This document shows positions 1-9,410 of a stretch of DNA of 64,000 bases, one piece after another. Every line of letters begins with the position of its first letter. Positions within the stretch are counted from its first letter, which is position 1. The stretch is taken from NCBI RefSeq assembly GCF_900167275.1, contig NZ_FUWX01000014.1:1-64000 (forward strand), written 5' to 3'. The translations under genes were made by a program, and so were the position numbers. The notes under the pieces were generated by a model. The model was not told where the DNA came from. It ran no database searches and saw nothing but the letters and a program-made list of their open reading frames with translations. The stretch comes from Cetobacterium ceti. Lineage in GTDB: Bacteria > Fusobacteriota > Fusobacteriia > Fusobacteriales > Fusobacteriaceae.

Positions 1-1125
1 ATAATAAATGAATTTGGGAATAAAGTTTGGATGAGTGGAATCCAACTTTATGTAATGATATTTTTAGTTTTAATAACAATGGGAATAACTCATTTTTTAC
101 CAAAATTTACAAAGGCAATACCTTCTTCTTTAATAGCAATTGGAGTAACAACGGTGTTAGCAATCATTGCTACAAATAATGGAATACATATGCCAAATGT
201 AAAGGATTTTGCCGGCGGAAGTTTAGATGGAGGCTTTCCTAAATTTCATTTACCTAATATTCCTTTTAAATTGGAAACATTAAAAATTATTTTACCATTC
301 TCAATTGTAGCCACTTTAGTTGGATTAATTGAATCTCTTTTAACATTATCACTTATAGATGAATTAACAGATACAAGAGGTCAAGCAAATAAAGAGTGTA
401 TAGGACAGGGTATTGGAAATTTAATAAATGGTTTTTTTGGCGGAACTGGTGGTTGTGCAATGATTGGTCAATCTATGATAAATATAACTTCTGGAGGAAG
501 AGGTAGAATATCAGGAATAGCTATGGGAATTTCTTTATTACTGTTTATTCTTTTAGGTTCAAAAGTAATAGAAATAATACCATTAGCTGCTTTAGTAGGA
601 GTAATGTTTATTGTTGTGATGGAAACTTTTGCTTGGGAAACTTTAAAATTTAGAAAAAGAGTTCCTAAAAAAGATATTTTAATTATTTTAATAGTGACCT
701 TAATAACAATTTTTGAAGATTTAGCCATGGCAGTTGTAGTCGGAGTTATTTTATCTGCCCTTAATTTTGCCTGGGAAAAAGGGAAAAAAATAAATGGGAT
801 AATTGAAGAAACTCCTGAAGAAAAAGTATATATATTAGAGGGGCCTTTATTCTTTGGATCAGTAACAAGTTTTAAAGATTTATTTCATCCAAAAGATGAT
901 CCTGAAAATATTATTATTGATTTTAAAAATTCAAAAATTATGGACCATTCAGCTATAGAAGCAGTTAATTCAATAACTGAAAAATATAAAAGAAATGGAA
1001 AAAATTTAAAGTTAAAACATTTAAGTGAAGATTGTAAAACTTTATTAATAAATGCCCAAGAATTAATAAAGGTTAATATAATTGAAGATCCAATATATTT
1101 TGTTGGAGATGATTTATTAGATTAA
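1..1125 (+). CDS. SulP-family anion permease, C-terminal portion with STAS domain (5' end truncated by the window edge)
   Basis: Frame 1 is open from nt 1. Polytopic TM segments are followed by a STAS-like tail ('LEGPLFFGSVTSFKDLF...IIIDFKNSKIMDHSAIEAV'). The membrane core is too short to be complete, and SulP proteins are usually about 500+ aa. Confidence 0.7.
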   Translation: MINEFGNKVWMSGIQLYVMIFLVLITMGITHFLPKFTKAIPSSLIAIGVTTVLAIIATNNGIHMPNVKDFAGGSLDGGFPKFHLPNIPFKLETLKIILPFSIVATLVGLIESLLTLSLIDELTDTRGQANKECIGQGIGNLINGFFGGTGGCAMIGQSMINITSGGRGRISGIAMGISLLLFILLGSKVIEIIPLAALVGVMFIVVMETFAWETLKFRKRVPKKDILIILIVTLITIFEDLAMAVVVGVILSALNFAWEKGKKINGIIEETPEEKVYILEGPLFFGSVTSFKDLFHPKDDPENIIIDFKNSKIMDHSAIEAVNSITEKYKRNGKNLKLKHLSEDCKTLLINAQELIKVNIIEDPIYFVGDDLLD

Positions 1126-1127
1126 GA

Positions 1128-1166
1128 AAAGAGAGCATAATCCATTAGTGATATGCTCTCTTTTTG
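1128..1166. terminator. Rho-independent terminator hairpin (perfect 10-bp stem agagagcata/tatgctctct followed by TTTTT), serving convergent genes
   Basis: Inverted repeat read directly at 1131-1161, then a T-run. It lies between the SulP stop at 1125 and the minus-strand gene ending at 1173. Confidence 0.7.
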
Positions 1167-1172
1167 TATATG

Positions 1173-1628
1173 TTAATTTTTTTCAAATAATAAGAATGAT
1201 TTTTCCCCTGTGTAATCACAAGAAAAACCTAAGATTATTCCTAAAATTAATCCAATTGATACCATTTTCCAATCTCCATTACTTGCAAAAGTGGAAAAAC
1301 CTCCAATAAAGGTTCCCGGAATAAAGGCAAATAATTTACACTGTCCTTGTATACACATAAAAAATGTTACAACTCCTGTAATTATAGCAAATATATATTC
1401 TTGATTAAAATGTTTGGATAAAGCAATTACAATTACCGCCCAAAAAACTCCACTTAATGTGGAAAATAACGCTTTTTTAACCCCTCCATTATTTATTCCA
1501 CCTGCGGCAAAAAATGCAGTACAACCTGCAAATCCCATCCATACAGGAATATGGGTTTTAATTCCAATCCAAAACCATAAACCGCAAAGAATACCAGTTG
1601 TAAGAGATAAAAAAAATAATTTTTTCAT
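1173..1628 (-). CDS. Small integral membrane protein (about 4 TM), function unknown
   Basis: 151 aa, hydrophobic and glycine-rich TM segments; no motif recognised with certainty. Confidence 0.45.
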   Translation of the reverse strand: MKKLFFLSLTTGILCGLWFWIGIKTHIPVWMGFAGCTAFFAAGGINNGGVKKALFSTLSGVFWAVIVIALSKHFNQEYIFAIITGVVTFFMCIQGQCKLFAFIPGTFIGGFSTFASNGDWKMVSIGLILGIILGFSCDYTGEKSFLLFEKN

Positions 1629-1927
1629 AAAGATCCTCCATTAGATATGTTTGTGAAGTTATTAATATTGTATATAAAATTGTTCTTTTAAACAAAAAAA
1701 TCATAATTTTTTTATATTAAAAAAAATTGTAGCATGATTAAAAAAAAAAGTAAACAAAATTATATCTTAAAAATCAGAATGAAATATTAAAATACACGAA
1801 ACATATAATTTGATACACAAAATATATATAATAAGTTATTTTTTTAAAATAATATATAAAAAAATATAATTTGACATACAAAATATTAGATAATATTATT
1901 TATTTGAAAGATATGGGAGGAAATATT

Positions 1928-4168
1928 ATGAAAAAACAATTATTATTATTTAGTATTTTGGCATGTTCAAGTGTATATGGAGAAAATATCGGAAATATAA
2001 ACTTGGAAGAATCTAATATAGTTTCGAGAGGTGATTTTCAAAATGGAACAACAATTGTACAAAATAAAAATACAATTGTAATTACTCAAGAAAAAATCCA
2101 AGAAAAGAAATATAAAAATGTTGAAGAAGTTTTACAAGATGCACCAGGAATAATAATTCAAAATACTCCTTTTGGACCGAGGGTTGATATGAGAGGGAGT
2201 GGAGAAAAATCTTTAAGTAGAGTGAAAGTTTTAATTGATGGAGTGTCTATTAATCCTACAGAATCAGCAATGGCAAGTTTACCAATAAATTCAATACCAG
2301 TTGAGTCTATAAGGAAAATAGAAATTATTCCAGGAGGAGGAGCTACACTTTATGGAAGTGGTACAGTTGGAGGAGTTGTAAATATTTCTACAAATTCCAA
2401 TGCAACGAAAAATAATTTCCTTATGGATTTAAATGGTGGTTCTTTTGATAATAGAAGTATGGGGCTTGCAGGGGGATATAATATTAACAAAGATTTATAT
2501 GTAAGCTATGGTTTTAAATACTTAAATAGTGAGGGATATAGAGAATTAGAACAAAAGGACAATAAAATATTCCAAGGGGGATTTGATTATAAAATAAATA
2601 AGAAAAATAGAATTAGGTTACAAGGAAGAATGGGTGATGAAACTAACAATGGTACGACAGAAGTTACTAAAAAAATATTGGAGTTAAATAGAAAAGCTCC
2701 TGGAAAAGATTTAGATGTAAAAACAAAATCAAATAATTATACTTTAGATTATGAGTATAGACCGATTGATAAATTAACCTTGACTTCAACGATATTTAGA
2801 CAGAATCAAAATAGAGATTTAAATACAGAAAGTTTAGATGATGTAACTATTGAATTAACTAATGCTTTAGAAAAAGAAAAAGTAACTTCAAGTCAACAAT
2901 TTTCTTTTTATGATGTTAAATCAAAAATGAAAGCTAAATTTAAAGAGAAAAAAGATGGAATGAAACTAAGAGGAAAATATGAATATAAAGATGGAGAAAT
3001 TCTAATAGGATATGATTATACAGAAGCTAAAATCAATAGAAATTCAACTGTTAAATCTCATACTATAAAATCATATTATGATGGGAATACTCATATGACT
3101 TTAAACCAGAAAGAAATTTCTGGAATAACAAATCAAGTTAAAATTGATTTAAGTAAAAAATCTCATGGAATTTATATTTTTAATAAATATGATTTAACTG
3201 ACAAGTGGAATATTACTACTGGAATTAGAGGAGAATTTACGGAATATACTGGTAGTCGTAAAAATGGCCCTAATACAATGCCTATGGTAAAACCTAAAAC
3301 TCAGAATATTGAAACAGATAGAACAATGGAAAACTATGCTGGAGAAATAGGAGCTATGTATAAATATAGAGATTCGGGAAATATTTATGCAAGATATGAA
3401 AGGGGATTTGTAACTCCTTTTCCTTCTCAGTTAACAGATAAAATACAAGATCCCCAGCTTGAGACAACAAAACATAATAATGATCCTAATGCTTTTATGA
3501 GTGCACCTTATGTAAATGTTGCTTCAATTTATGTGGATAACAATTTAAAAGCAGAAACAACAGATACAATAGAGTTAGGAATTAGAGATTATATTAATGA
3601 TTCATATGTAAGCTTAGCATTTTTTGTGACAGATACTACAGATGAAATTGTTTTATTACAATCTGGAGTAACTAATCCTGCAATTAAAAGATGGCAATAT
3701 AAAAATATAGGAAAAACTAGAAGGATGGGAATTGAAGCAGAGGCAGATCAGACATTTGGGAAATTAGGATTTAATCAATCAATAACGTTAATAGATGCAA
3801 AAACATTAAAGGGAAATGATAAAGCACAAATAAAAAAAGGAGATACAATTCCTTTAGTACCCAAGGCAAAGATAACTCTAGGTGCCAAGTATAAATTTAC
3901 AGAAAAATTAACTTTATCAGGTTCTTATGTATATATAAGTAGTAAAGAAGCTAGAGAAATGACAGGGACAGATAAAACTATGAAATTTAAAATTGGCGGA
4001 TATGGGGTTACAGATGTTGCAATCACTTATAAATTAGATGAATACTCTTCAATTAAAGCGGGAATTAAAAATTTAACTTCAACTAAATATAATTTAAGAG
4101 AAACATCTATTGAAGCTGTTCCAGCTCCAGAAAGAAATTATTATTTAGGTTTAAGTGTTAAGTTTTAA
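1928..4168 (+). CDS. TonB-dependent outer-membrane receptor
   Basis: Signal peptide MKKQLLLFSILACSS preceded by RBS gggagg. Plug-domain motifs 'DAPGIIIQNTPFGPRVDMRGSG' and 'ATLYGSGTVGGVVNI'. Long β-rich body ending in a C-terminal aromatic ('LGLSVKF'). Confidence 0.8.
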   Translation: MKKQLLLFSILACSSVYGENIGNINLEESNIVSRGDFQNGTTIVQNKNTIVITQEKIQEKKYKNVEEVLQDAPGIIIQNTPFGPRVDMRGSGEKSLSRVKVLIDGVSINPTESAMASLPINSIPVESIRKIEIIPGGGATLYGSGTVGGVVNISTNSNATKNNFLMDLNGGSFDNRSMGLAGGYNINKDLYVSYGFKYLNSEGYRELEQKDNKIFQGGFDYKINKKNRIRLQGRMGDETNNGTTEVTKKILELNRKAPGKDLDVKTKSNNYTLDYEYRPIDKLTLTSTIFRQNQNRDLNTESLDDVTIELTNALEKEKVTSSQQFSFYDVKSKMKAKFKEKKDGMKLRGKYEYKDGEILIGYDYTEAKINRNSTVKSHTIKSYYDGNTHMTLNQKEISGITNQVKIDLSKKSHGIYIFNKYDLTDKWNITTGIRGEFTEYTGSRKNGPNTMPMVKPKTQNIETDRTMENYAGEIGAMYKYRDSGNIYARYERGFVTPFPSQLTDKIQDPQLETTKHNNDPNAFMSAPYVNVASIYVDNNLKAETTDTIELGIRDYINDSYVSLAFFVTDTTDEIVLLQSGVTNPAIKRWQYKNIGKTRRMGIEAEADQTFGKLGFNQSITLIDAKTLKGNDKAQIKKGDTIPLVPKAKITLGAKYKFTEKLTLSGSYVYISSKEAREMTGTDKTMKFKIGGYGVTDVAITYKLDEYSSIKAGIKNLTSTKYNLRETSIEAVPAPERNYYLGLSVKF

Positions 4169-4181
4169 TTAGGAGGGTAAA

Positions 4182-7100
4182 ATGAAAGAAAAATTATTAT
4201 TAGTATCGTTAATAGGTGTTTTAGGAAGTATGAATTTATATGGAGCAAAATATCCCTATAAGCAATTAAAGGGAGAAGTTATTGAAAAATCAGCATATAA
4301 GGATATATTAAAAATAATTAATGAGATAGATAGACAAAAAGGTTTAAATGAAAAATATATAATTGAAAATGAAAATGATAAAGCAGAAGCTAACGTAGGC
4401 GAATTAGATATTGTTCCTGTGGCACAATATACAATGATAGGTACTCCTACAGAAGATTTAACTAGGATAAAAGGTGGTTATGATAAAAATGATTTTATAA
4501 CTTTAAATAATGTTTATGATAATTTAGAATTAGAAAACAACGAAAAAAATAGAGAAATAAAAGGAGATATTTCTAAAATAAAAAGTGAAAAATTACCCTA
4601 TGTACATAAGGGAAGTATCAAAAGATTTTATTTTGGAAATGGAAATATAGTAAATAATATTATTTATTCTAATTCACAAGAATTTGAAAATATAAAAAAC
4701 AAAGAAAAAAATAATATTAATTATTTAATTGAAGGAGAATATCAAAAATTAAAAAATAAAAATGATCAAGATTATAGAATGTCTGTAGAAGATTATGAAA
4801 AAAATATAAAAAATAAATCAAAAAAAGAGATTCTTATATTTTTACAAAAAAAATTAAAAGAGAAGAATAAGGAAACACTTATAAAAGATGGAAATCTTTT
4901 TGTAACTGATAATGGTAAGAATTGGAAAGTTCTTTGGAGTTTAGAACCTATAAGTACAAATGAATATGATGGAGCAGGAATAAAAGATATAATAGACACG
5001 AATATTTATATTTATGAGGGTTATAAAGATAATGTTGAACAAAATAGAGGAAAATTATTATTAACAAATTCAAAGGACATTTATTTAGAAGATAAAGTTA
5101 GTCCTAAAGAACAATTTAGAATAATAAATAGTAAAAGTCTTTATGCTAAGCAGTTAAAAGAGTTACAAGAAGATAAGAAAAAATTATCAGAAAAAGATTT
5201 TAAAGAAAAATGGATTACACCTTTTGAAAAAAATGGAAAATATGAAAAAGCAATGATTGATTTTAAAAGCAATGTTGAAAATTTAAAGAAAGAAATAGTA
5301 ACTTTGGAAAAAGAAAAAGAAAATATTATAGATAAATTTAGTAGTCGATATATAAGATATGATATTTTTAATAATTATTCTGATCCACTTTCAGGAGTAA
5401 ATGAGAATGCTCTTAAGAAATTTAAACCAGCAGATTTAAAAGTTGCAAGAGAGTATATAGCTATAGCTACAAAATTAAAAAATAAAGAAATAGAATTATA
5501 TAATGGAAGTACTGAATGGAAAGATAAAGTTGTTGCTGCAAAAGATTTAGCGGTAGTAAAAGTTGGAAAGAAAGTTGAATTCAGAGGAAATGGAAAAATA
5601 AATGGAATTATTGATTTAGGTGAAGGATATAATATCCTTGAAATAGCTCAACAAGGAACAGGTAAATATGGAACTAATATCATATTAGGACCTTATGCAG
5701 AACTTCATAACATAAATGAGATTATAGCAAGTGGAGGAGCAGTGGGAGATAAGAAATTACCATCTATTTCAGGGAAAAATTCTCTAGCTTTAGATATAGA
5801 TAAAACAAAGCGAAATAAAAATGGTGAATTATATCAGCATGCTTTTGCAAAATCAGATAAAAATATAGAATTTACAAATCCTAGTTCAATACAAGGGAAG
5901 ATATTAGGACCAGAGAATTTTGGTGTGGAATTAATGGTTAGCAAATTAGATAAAGATGAAGTGGTAAATATGGGACGTGATTTACAATATAAATCTAGAA
6001 ATTTAGGTGAAGATTGGAAAAAAAGTCCATATGTAATAGGGAAACTACGTGTAGATTCAGATTCAATTGCTCATGATATAAAAGAATTAACAAGAAAAGA
6101 TGAAAATGGAAATACTTTATTAAATGTAAAAATAAAAGATAAAATTAAAGGACTAAATGAAGATGAAAATAAAGTATATAAAAGTATAAAAAATTCAAAT
6201 AATTTAGGAAGTTTATCTGATACATTAACTCTTACAAATAAAAAAACTTTAAATGGTGGAATAAGAGAAGAGGAAGCTTTAAAAGAATTGCAAGTTTTAA
6301 TAAAAGAATTAAAAGAAAATAATATTTATTCAAAATTAAATAAAGTAGCAAAAGATCAAATAGATATATTCACAATGATACCATTTAATAATGAAAATAT
6401 TTTTGAAAATAAAGGAGAAATAGGAATTGGAGGATATTTATCATCTAGAAGTGTTGAGAATAAATTTAAAGGATCAACTAACAGTGGATATGGAGTTTAC
6501 AGCACTGATATAAATGATACTTTTAGAGGGGGCTTAGTTTTCGGAGGTGGTAGTTCAAATTATACGGAAAAGAAAAATAATAAATTAGATGAAGTATCTA
6601 CAGATTCTAAAATAAAAGGACAAAATCTATATATTGGAGCTTATGGAAATAAAAAATTAACAGAAAATTTAAATTTAATAACAGGTTTAGGAATTGAATA
6701 TGGTGAATATAAAATTCAAAGAAAATGGGAAAATAATTATCAAAAATTTAAGTTTGATGGAAAATCAAATACAAATGGTGGGAATTTATATACAGGGTTA
6801 ATTTATAAATACAAATTGGAAAATGAAATGGAAATAGGACTAAAAGGAATTTTATCTTATACAATAATCAATCAAGGTAAAGTTAAGGAAGATAATAAAG
6901 CTTTAAGTATGGAAGTTTCTAAACAAAATTTTGAATATATAGATGGTGAATTTGGAATTAATTTAAGTAAAACTTTATATGGAAAAGGAAGCAAAAATAA
7001 ATTAACTGGTGGAATATATGGAACATATGGTTTTATGGGATATGAAAATAAAAATTTAACTGGAAAAATTAATAATTCATCTTCAACGTTTGAAATTTTA

Positions 7101-7253
7101 GGGGACAAAGAAAGAAAAGATGGAATTAAATTAAGTTTAAATTATGATGTAGAAAAAACCAATGGAGTTTTATATGGAATAGAGGGAAATTATAAAACAA
7201 ATACCAATAGCAATGAAATAACTATGGGAATAAAAATAGGGTATATATTTTAA
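4182..7253 (+). CDS. Type Va autotransporter-like surface protein: K/E/N-rich, coiled-coil-prone passenger of about 730 aa plus a C-terminal β-barrel translocator of about 280 aa
   Basis: RBS aggaggg. Signal peptide MKEKLLLVSLIGVLGSMNLYGA. The C-terminal third has an alternating aromatic/Gly β-strand pattern ('GIGGYLSSRSV...GLVFGGGSS...LYIGAYGN') and ends 'GIKIGYIF', a terminal Phe typical of autotransporter β-domains. Confidence 0.6.
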   Translation: MKEKLLLVSLIGVLGSMNLYGAKYPYKQLKGEVIEKSAYKDILKIINEIDRQKGLNEKYIIENENDKAEANVGELDIVPVAQYTMIGTPTEDLTRIKGGYDKNDFITLNNVYDNLELENNEKNREIKGDISKIKSEKLPYVHKGSIKRFYFGNGNIVNNIIYSNSQEFENIKNKEKNNINYLIEGEYQKLKNKNDQDYRMSVEDYEKNIKNKSKKEILIFLQKKLKEKNKETLIKDGNLFVTDNGKNWKVLWSLEPISTNEYDGAGIKDIIDTNIYIYEGYKDNVEQNRGKLLLTNSKDIYLEDKVSPKEQFRIINSKSLYAKQLKELQEDKKKLSEKDFKEKWITPFEKNGKYEKAMIDFKSNVENLKKEIVTLEKEKENIIDKFSSRYIRYDIFNNYSDPLSGVNENALKKFKPADLKVAREYIAIATKLKNKEIELYNGSTEWKDKVVAAKDLAVVKVGKKVEFRGNGKINGIIDLGEGYNILEIAQQGTGKYGTNIILGPYAELHNINEIIASGGAVGDKKLPSISGKNSLALDIDKTKRNKNGELYQHAFAKSDKNIEFTNPSSIQGKILGPENFGVELMVSKLDKDEVVNMGRDLQYKSRNLGEDWKKSPYVIGKLRVDSDSIAHDIKELTRKDENGNTLLNVKIKDKIKGLNEDENKVYKSIKNSNNLGSLSDTLTLTNKKTLNGGIREEEALKELQVLIKELKENNIYSKLNKVAKDQIDIFTMIPFNNENIFENKGEIGIGGYLSSRSVENKFKGSTNSGYGVYSTDINDTFRGGLVFGGGSSNYTEKKNNKLDEVSTDSKIKGQNLYIGAYGNKKLTENLNLITGLGIEYGEYKIQRKWENNYQKFKFDGKSNTNGGNLYTGLIYKYKLENEMEIGLKGILSYTIINQGKVKEDNKALSMEVSKQNFEYIDGEFGINLSKTLYGKGSKNKLTGGIYGTYGFMGYENKNLTGKINNSSSTFEILGDKERKDGIKLSLNYDVEKTNGVLYGIEGNYKTNTNSNEITMGIKIGYIF

Positions 7254-7262
7254 AATTATGAA

Positions 7263-7290
7263 AAAAACTACTTAATGGTAGTTTTTTTTA
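7263..7290 (+). terminator. Rho-independent terminator after the autotransporter gene
   Basis: Hairpin aaaaactac-ttaatg-gtagttttt followed by a T-run. Confidence 0.6.
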
Positions 7291-7806
7291 TTTGTTCGGT
7301 TACCGAATAAAGGAAATAAAAAAAAATACTGTATTTTTTTATAAGACAAATTTATTTAAGGAGGGAATATGATTAAATCAAGATTTATATCCAGTTAAGA
7401 TTTAGTTTTTTTAAAACCAGAAAATCCAAAATATGAATTTTTAAAATCATTAAAAAAATTTAATAGTGAAAAGCTAAAATTAAGTTATATTGATAATTAT
7501 TCAAATATGCATATTTTAATTTTAGAAAAAAAATTTATTGAAGAATACTTTGTAAATCATGATAAAACTTTAATAAAATGTAAAATTCCTTTAAATATAA
7601 AAACAGAAGAAAATTTTTTACAAAATTTATATCAATTTTTTTATTTGAAAAAAAATTTTATATTATCTGTTAGTAGAATAGACAATAAAGAAGAAATGAT
7701 AGCATCTCCAATTAATCCCTTAGATTATGAAATGTATTTTTTAGATAATGATTATATATATATATATATGATTTTTAATAATGATGAATTATTATAAAAG
7801 AGAGTT

Positions 7807-8259
7807 CTAAAGAACTCTCCTTCCTTGCCAAAATTTGTTAATCCAAAATTGATCTAGTGTAGAAATAGTAACGCCTTTTCTTCTAGAAGAGTGAATAAAT
7901 TTTTTGTTTCCAATGTAGACACCTACATGACGAGTACTCCAATTTATTTTAAATAAAATTAAGTCACCCACTTCAAGTTCATTCAAATCAACTTCTTTTC
8001 CAAATTTTGCAATAGTTTTAGTGGTTCTAGGTATTTTCTTATGAAATTCATGAGAATATAAAAGAACCATAAGACCAGAACAATCTACGCCATGTTTATT
8101 CATTCCACCATATTTATATTTAGTGCCTTTCCAATTGGAATAAAAATCATGAATTTTATTTAATCTAAAATTTCTTTCTTTTGAAGAAATTTTTGTAGAA
8201 GAACAGCCACCAATGAAAATTGTAAAAAGTAAAATAATAATTTTAAGATTAATTTTCAT
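7807..8259 (-). CDS. NlpC/P60 (C40) family cell-wall peptidase lipoprotein
   Basis: Lipobox 'FIGGCSS'. Catalytic Cys in 'GVDCSGLMVLLY' and His in 'HVGVYIGNKKFIHSS', the typical NlpC/P60 architecture. Confidence 0.8.
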   Translation of the reverse strand: MKINLKIIILLFTIFIGGCSSTKISSKERNFRLNKIHDFYSNWKGTKYKYGGMNKHGVDCSGLMVLLYSHEFHKKIPRTTKTIAKFGKEVDLNELEVGDLILFKINWSTRHVGVYIGNKKFIHSSRRKGVTISTLDQFWINKFWQGRRVL

Positions 8260-8382
8260 ATACTTTCCCCCTTTTTTTTAGAATAATATTTTTTTTTAAA
8301 AATGTCAAAGAAAGAGCTATTGACTTTATAAAAAACTAGAAGTTATAATAACTTAAATATATATAAAATAATGGAGGAGTTT

Positions 8383-9318
8383 ATGAAAAATATTCTAAAA
8401 ATTTTTAATTTTATAAAAAATTTTATTTATTCTAAAATTAAAAATTATAATAATTTAAAGAAAAAAGAAATCAGAAGTATTTCTCTTTTTTTATCTCTTT
8501 TTTTAACTGCATTAGAATTTTATAAATTTAATATTGTATGGAATTCTCAAGAGTTTATTTTAAGTACTTGTGCTATGGTTTTCTCGGTTTTTATTATGAT
8601 GTATCCTTGTTTGTATTTTTTTAGATTTAAGTTTAAAAGATTTTTAAGTAATCACATATTTTTTTCAATGGGACTTATGATTTATTTTACAATTTTAATC
8701 CCTATATTAGGTGAGATAAATGATAAGTTTTTAGCAGTTTCATTAAATGAAATTATTATTAAATTATTACACATAATAACAATTTTTGTTTCAATGTTTT
8801 TAATTTTACTTATAATTTCTAGACAGTTTATAATGTTAATTTATAAAAAAAGAAAAATAGCTGGAGTAGATATTTTAACAACATTTTTAACATATTTAAT
8901 ATTAGGAATTTCTTTTGGATCATTTTTCTATATTGCTAATTTAATGGCAAAAGAAAATTTATTTGTAGGTGTTATGAAGCCAACAACATTTAATTTTGAG
9001 AATTATTTAAATTATATATATATAAGCTTAGGAAACTTAACTACAGTAGGAACTGGAACAATTTCAGCAATAAATCCTTATGTTAGAATTATAAGTGTAT
9101 GTGAGACAATATTAGGAATATTTTTAACTAGTTTTTCTTTGGGATTTATTTTTTCAGTTTTAGGTGGAAATCAAAATTCTGAGGCAGCTTCAATTTCCGA
9201 AGAAGAAAATCCAAGTATTTTTGATGAAAATGTGATGATAACTTTTTATAAATATGTTAGAGAAAATGTTACTCAAATAAAAGCAGATTTAAATAATCTA
9301 GAAAATACAGAGTATTAA
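8383..9318 (+). CDS. Ion-channel-like membrane protein with a K+-channel-type pore segment
   Basis: Start chosen at the ATG after RBS ggaggag. Several TM helices. 'YISLGNLTTVGTGTIS' resembles the pore helix plus selectivity filter (T-V-G-Y-G-like) of 2TM/6TM cation channels. Confidence 0.45.
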   Translation: MKNILKIFNFIKNFIYSKIKNYNNLKKKEIRSISLFLSLFLTALEFYKFNIVWNSQEFILSTCAMVFSVFIMMYPCLYFFRFKFKRFLSNHIFFSMGLMIYFTILIPILGEINDKFLAVSLNEIIIKLLHIITIFVSMFLILLIISRQFIMLIYKKRKIAGVDILTTFLTYLILGISFGSFFYIANLMAKENLFVGVMKPTTFNFENYLNYIYISLGNLTTVGTGTISAINPYVRIISVCETILGIFLTSFSLGFIFSVLGGNQNSEAASISEEENPSIFDENVMITFYKYVRENVTQIKADLNNLENTEY

Positions 9319-9410
9319 AAAAATAAATGAATTATTATAAATTTATATTTTTAAATTATAATGAAATAAAGATATAATCCTTTGAATATATTAATAAACG
9401 GGAGGGTTAT

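Noticed and set aside
468-728. Many short ORFs in the six-frame track that lie antisense to or inside long, well-supported genes. Examples: 468..728-, 1414..1644+, 4793..4999-, 6872..7108-, 9896..10099-, 12590..12775-, 14366..14584-, 15065..15247+, 15593..15832+, 19025..19243-, 19682..19918+, 23371..23565-, 23678..23884-, 25529..25711-, 27030..27329-, 37785..38015-, 38429..38617-, 41204..41419-, 41852..42037-, 44241..44504-, 54182..54376+, 56655..57165+, 57326..57529+ and 63202..63459+.
   Set aside because: They are shadow ORFs expected by chance in AT-rich DNA. Their products are low-complexity and I/F/L/K-rich, have no RBS, and are fully overlapped by genes with clear family signatures.
1795-1895. 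Possible Fur box upstream of the TonB-dependent receptor.
   Set aside because: The repeats ('atataatttgatacacaaaatat') do not match the GATAATGATAATCATTATC consensus well enough to call. They are reported only as an unexplained direct repeat.
7507-7797. 96-aa ORF between the autotransporter terminator and the NlpC/P60 gene.
   Set aside because: It has no convincing RBS, a low-complexity product, and contains a (TA)8 repeat. It is not listed as a gene, and at most it is a degraded remnant.
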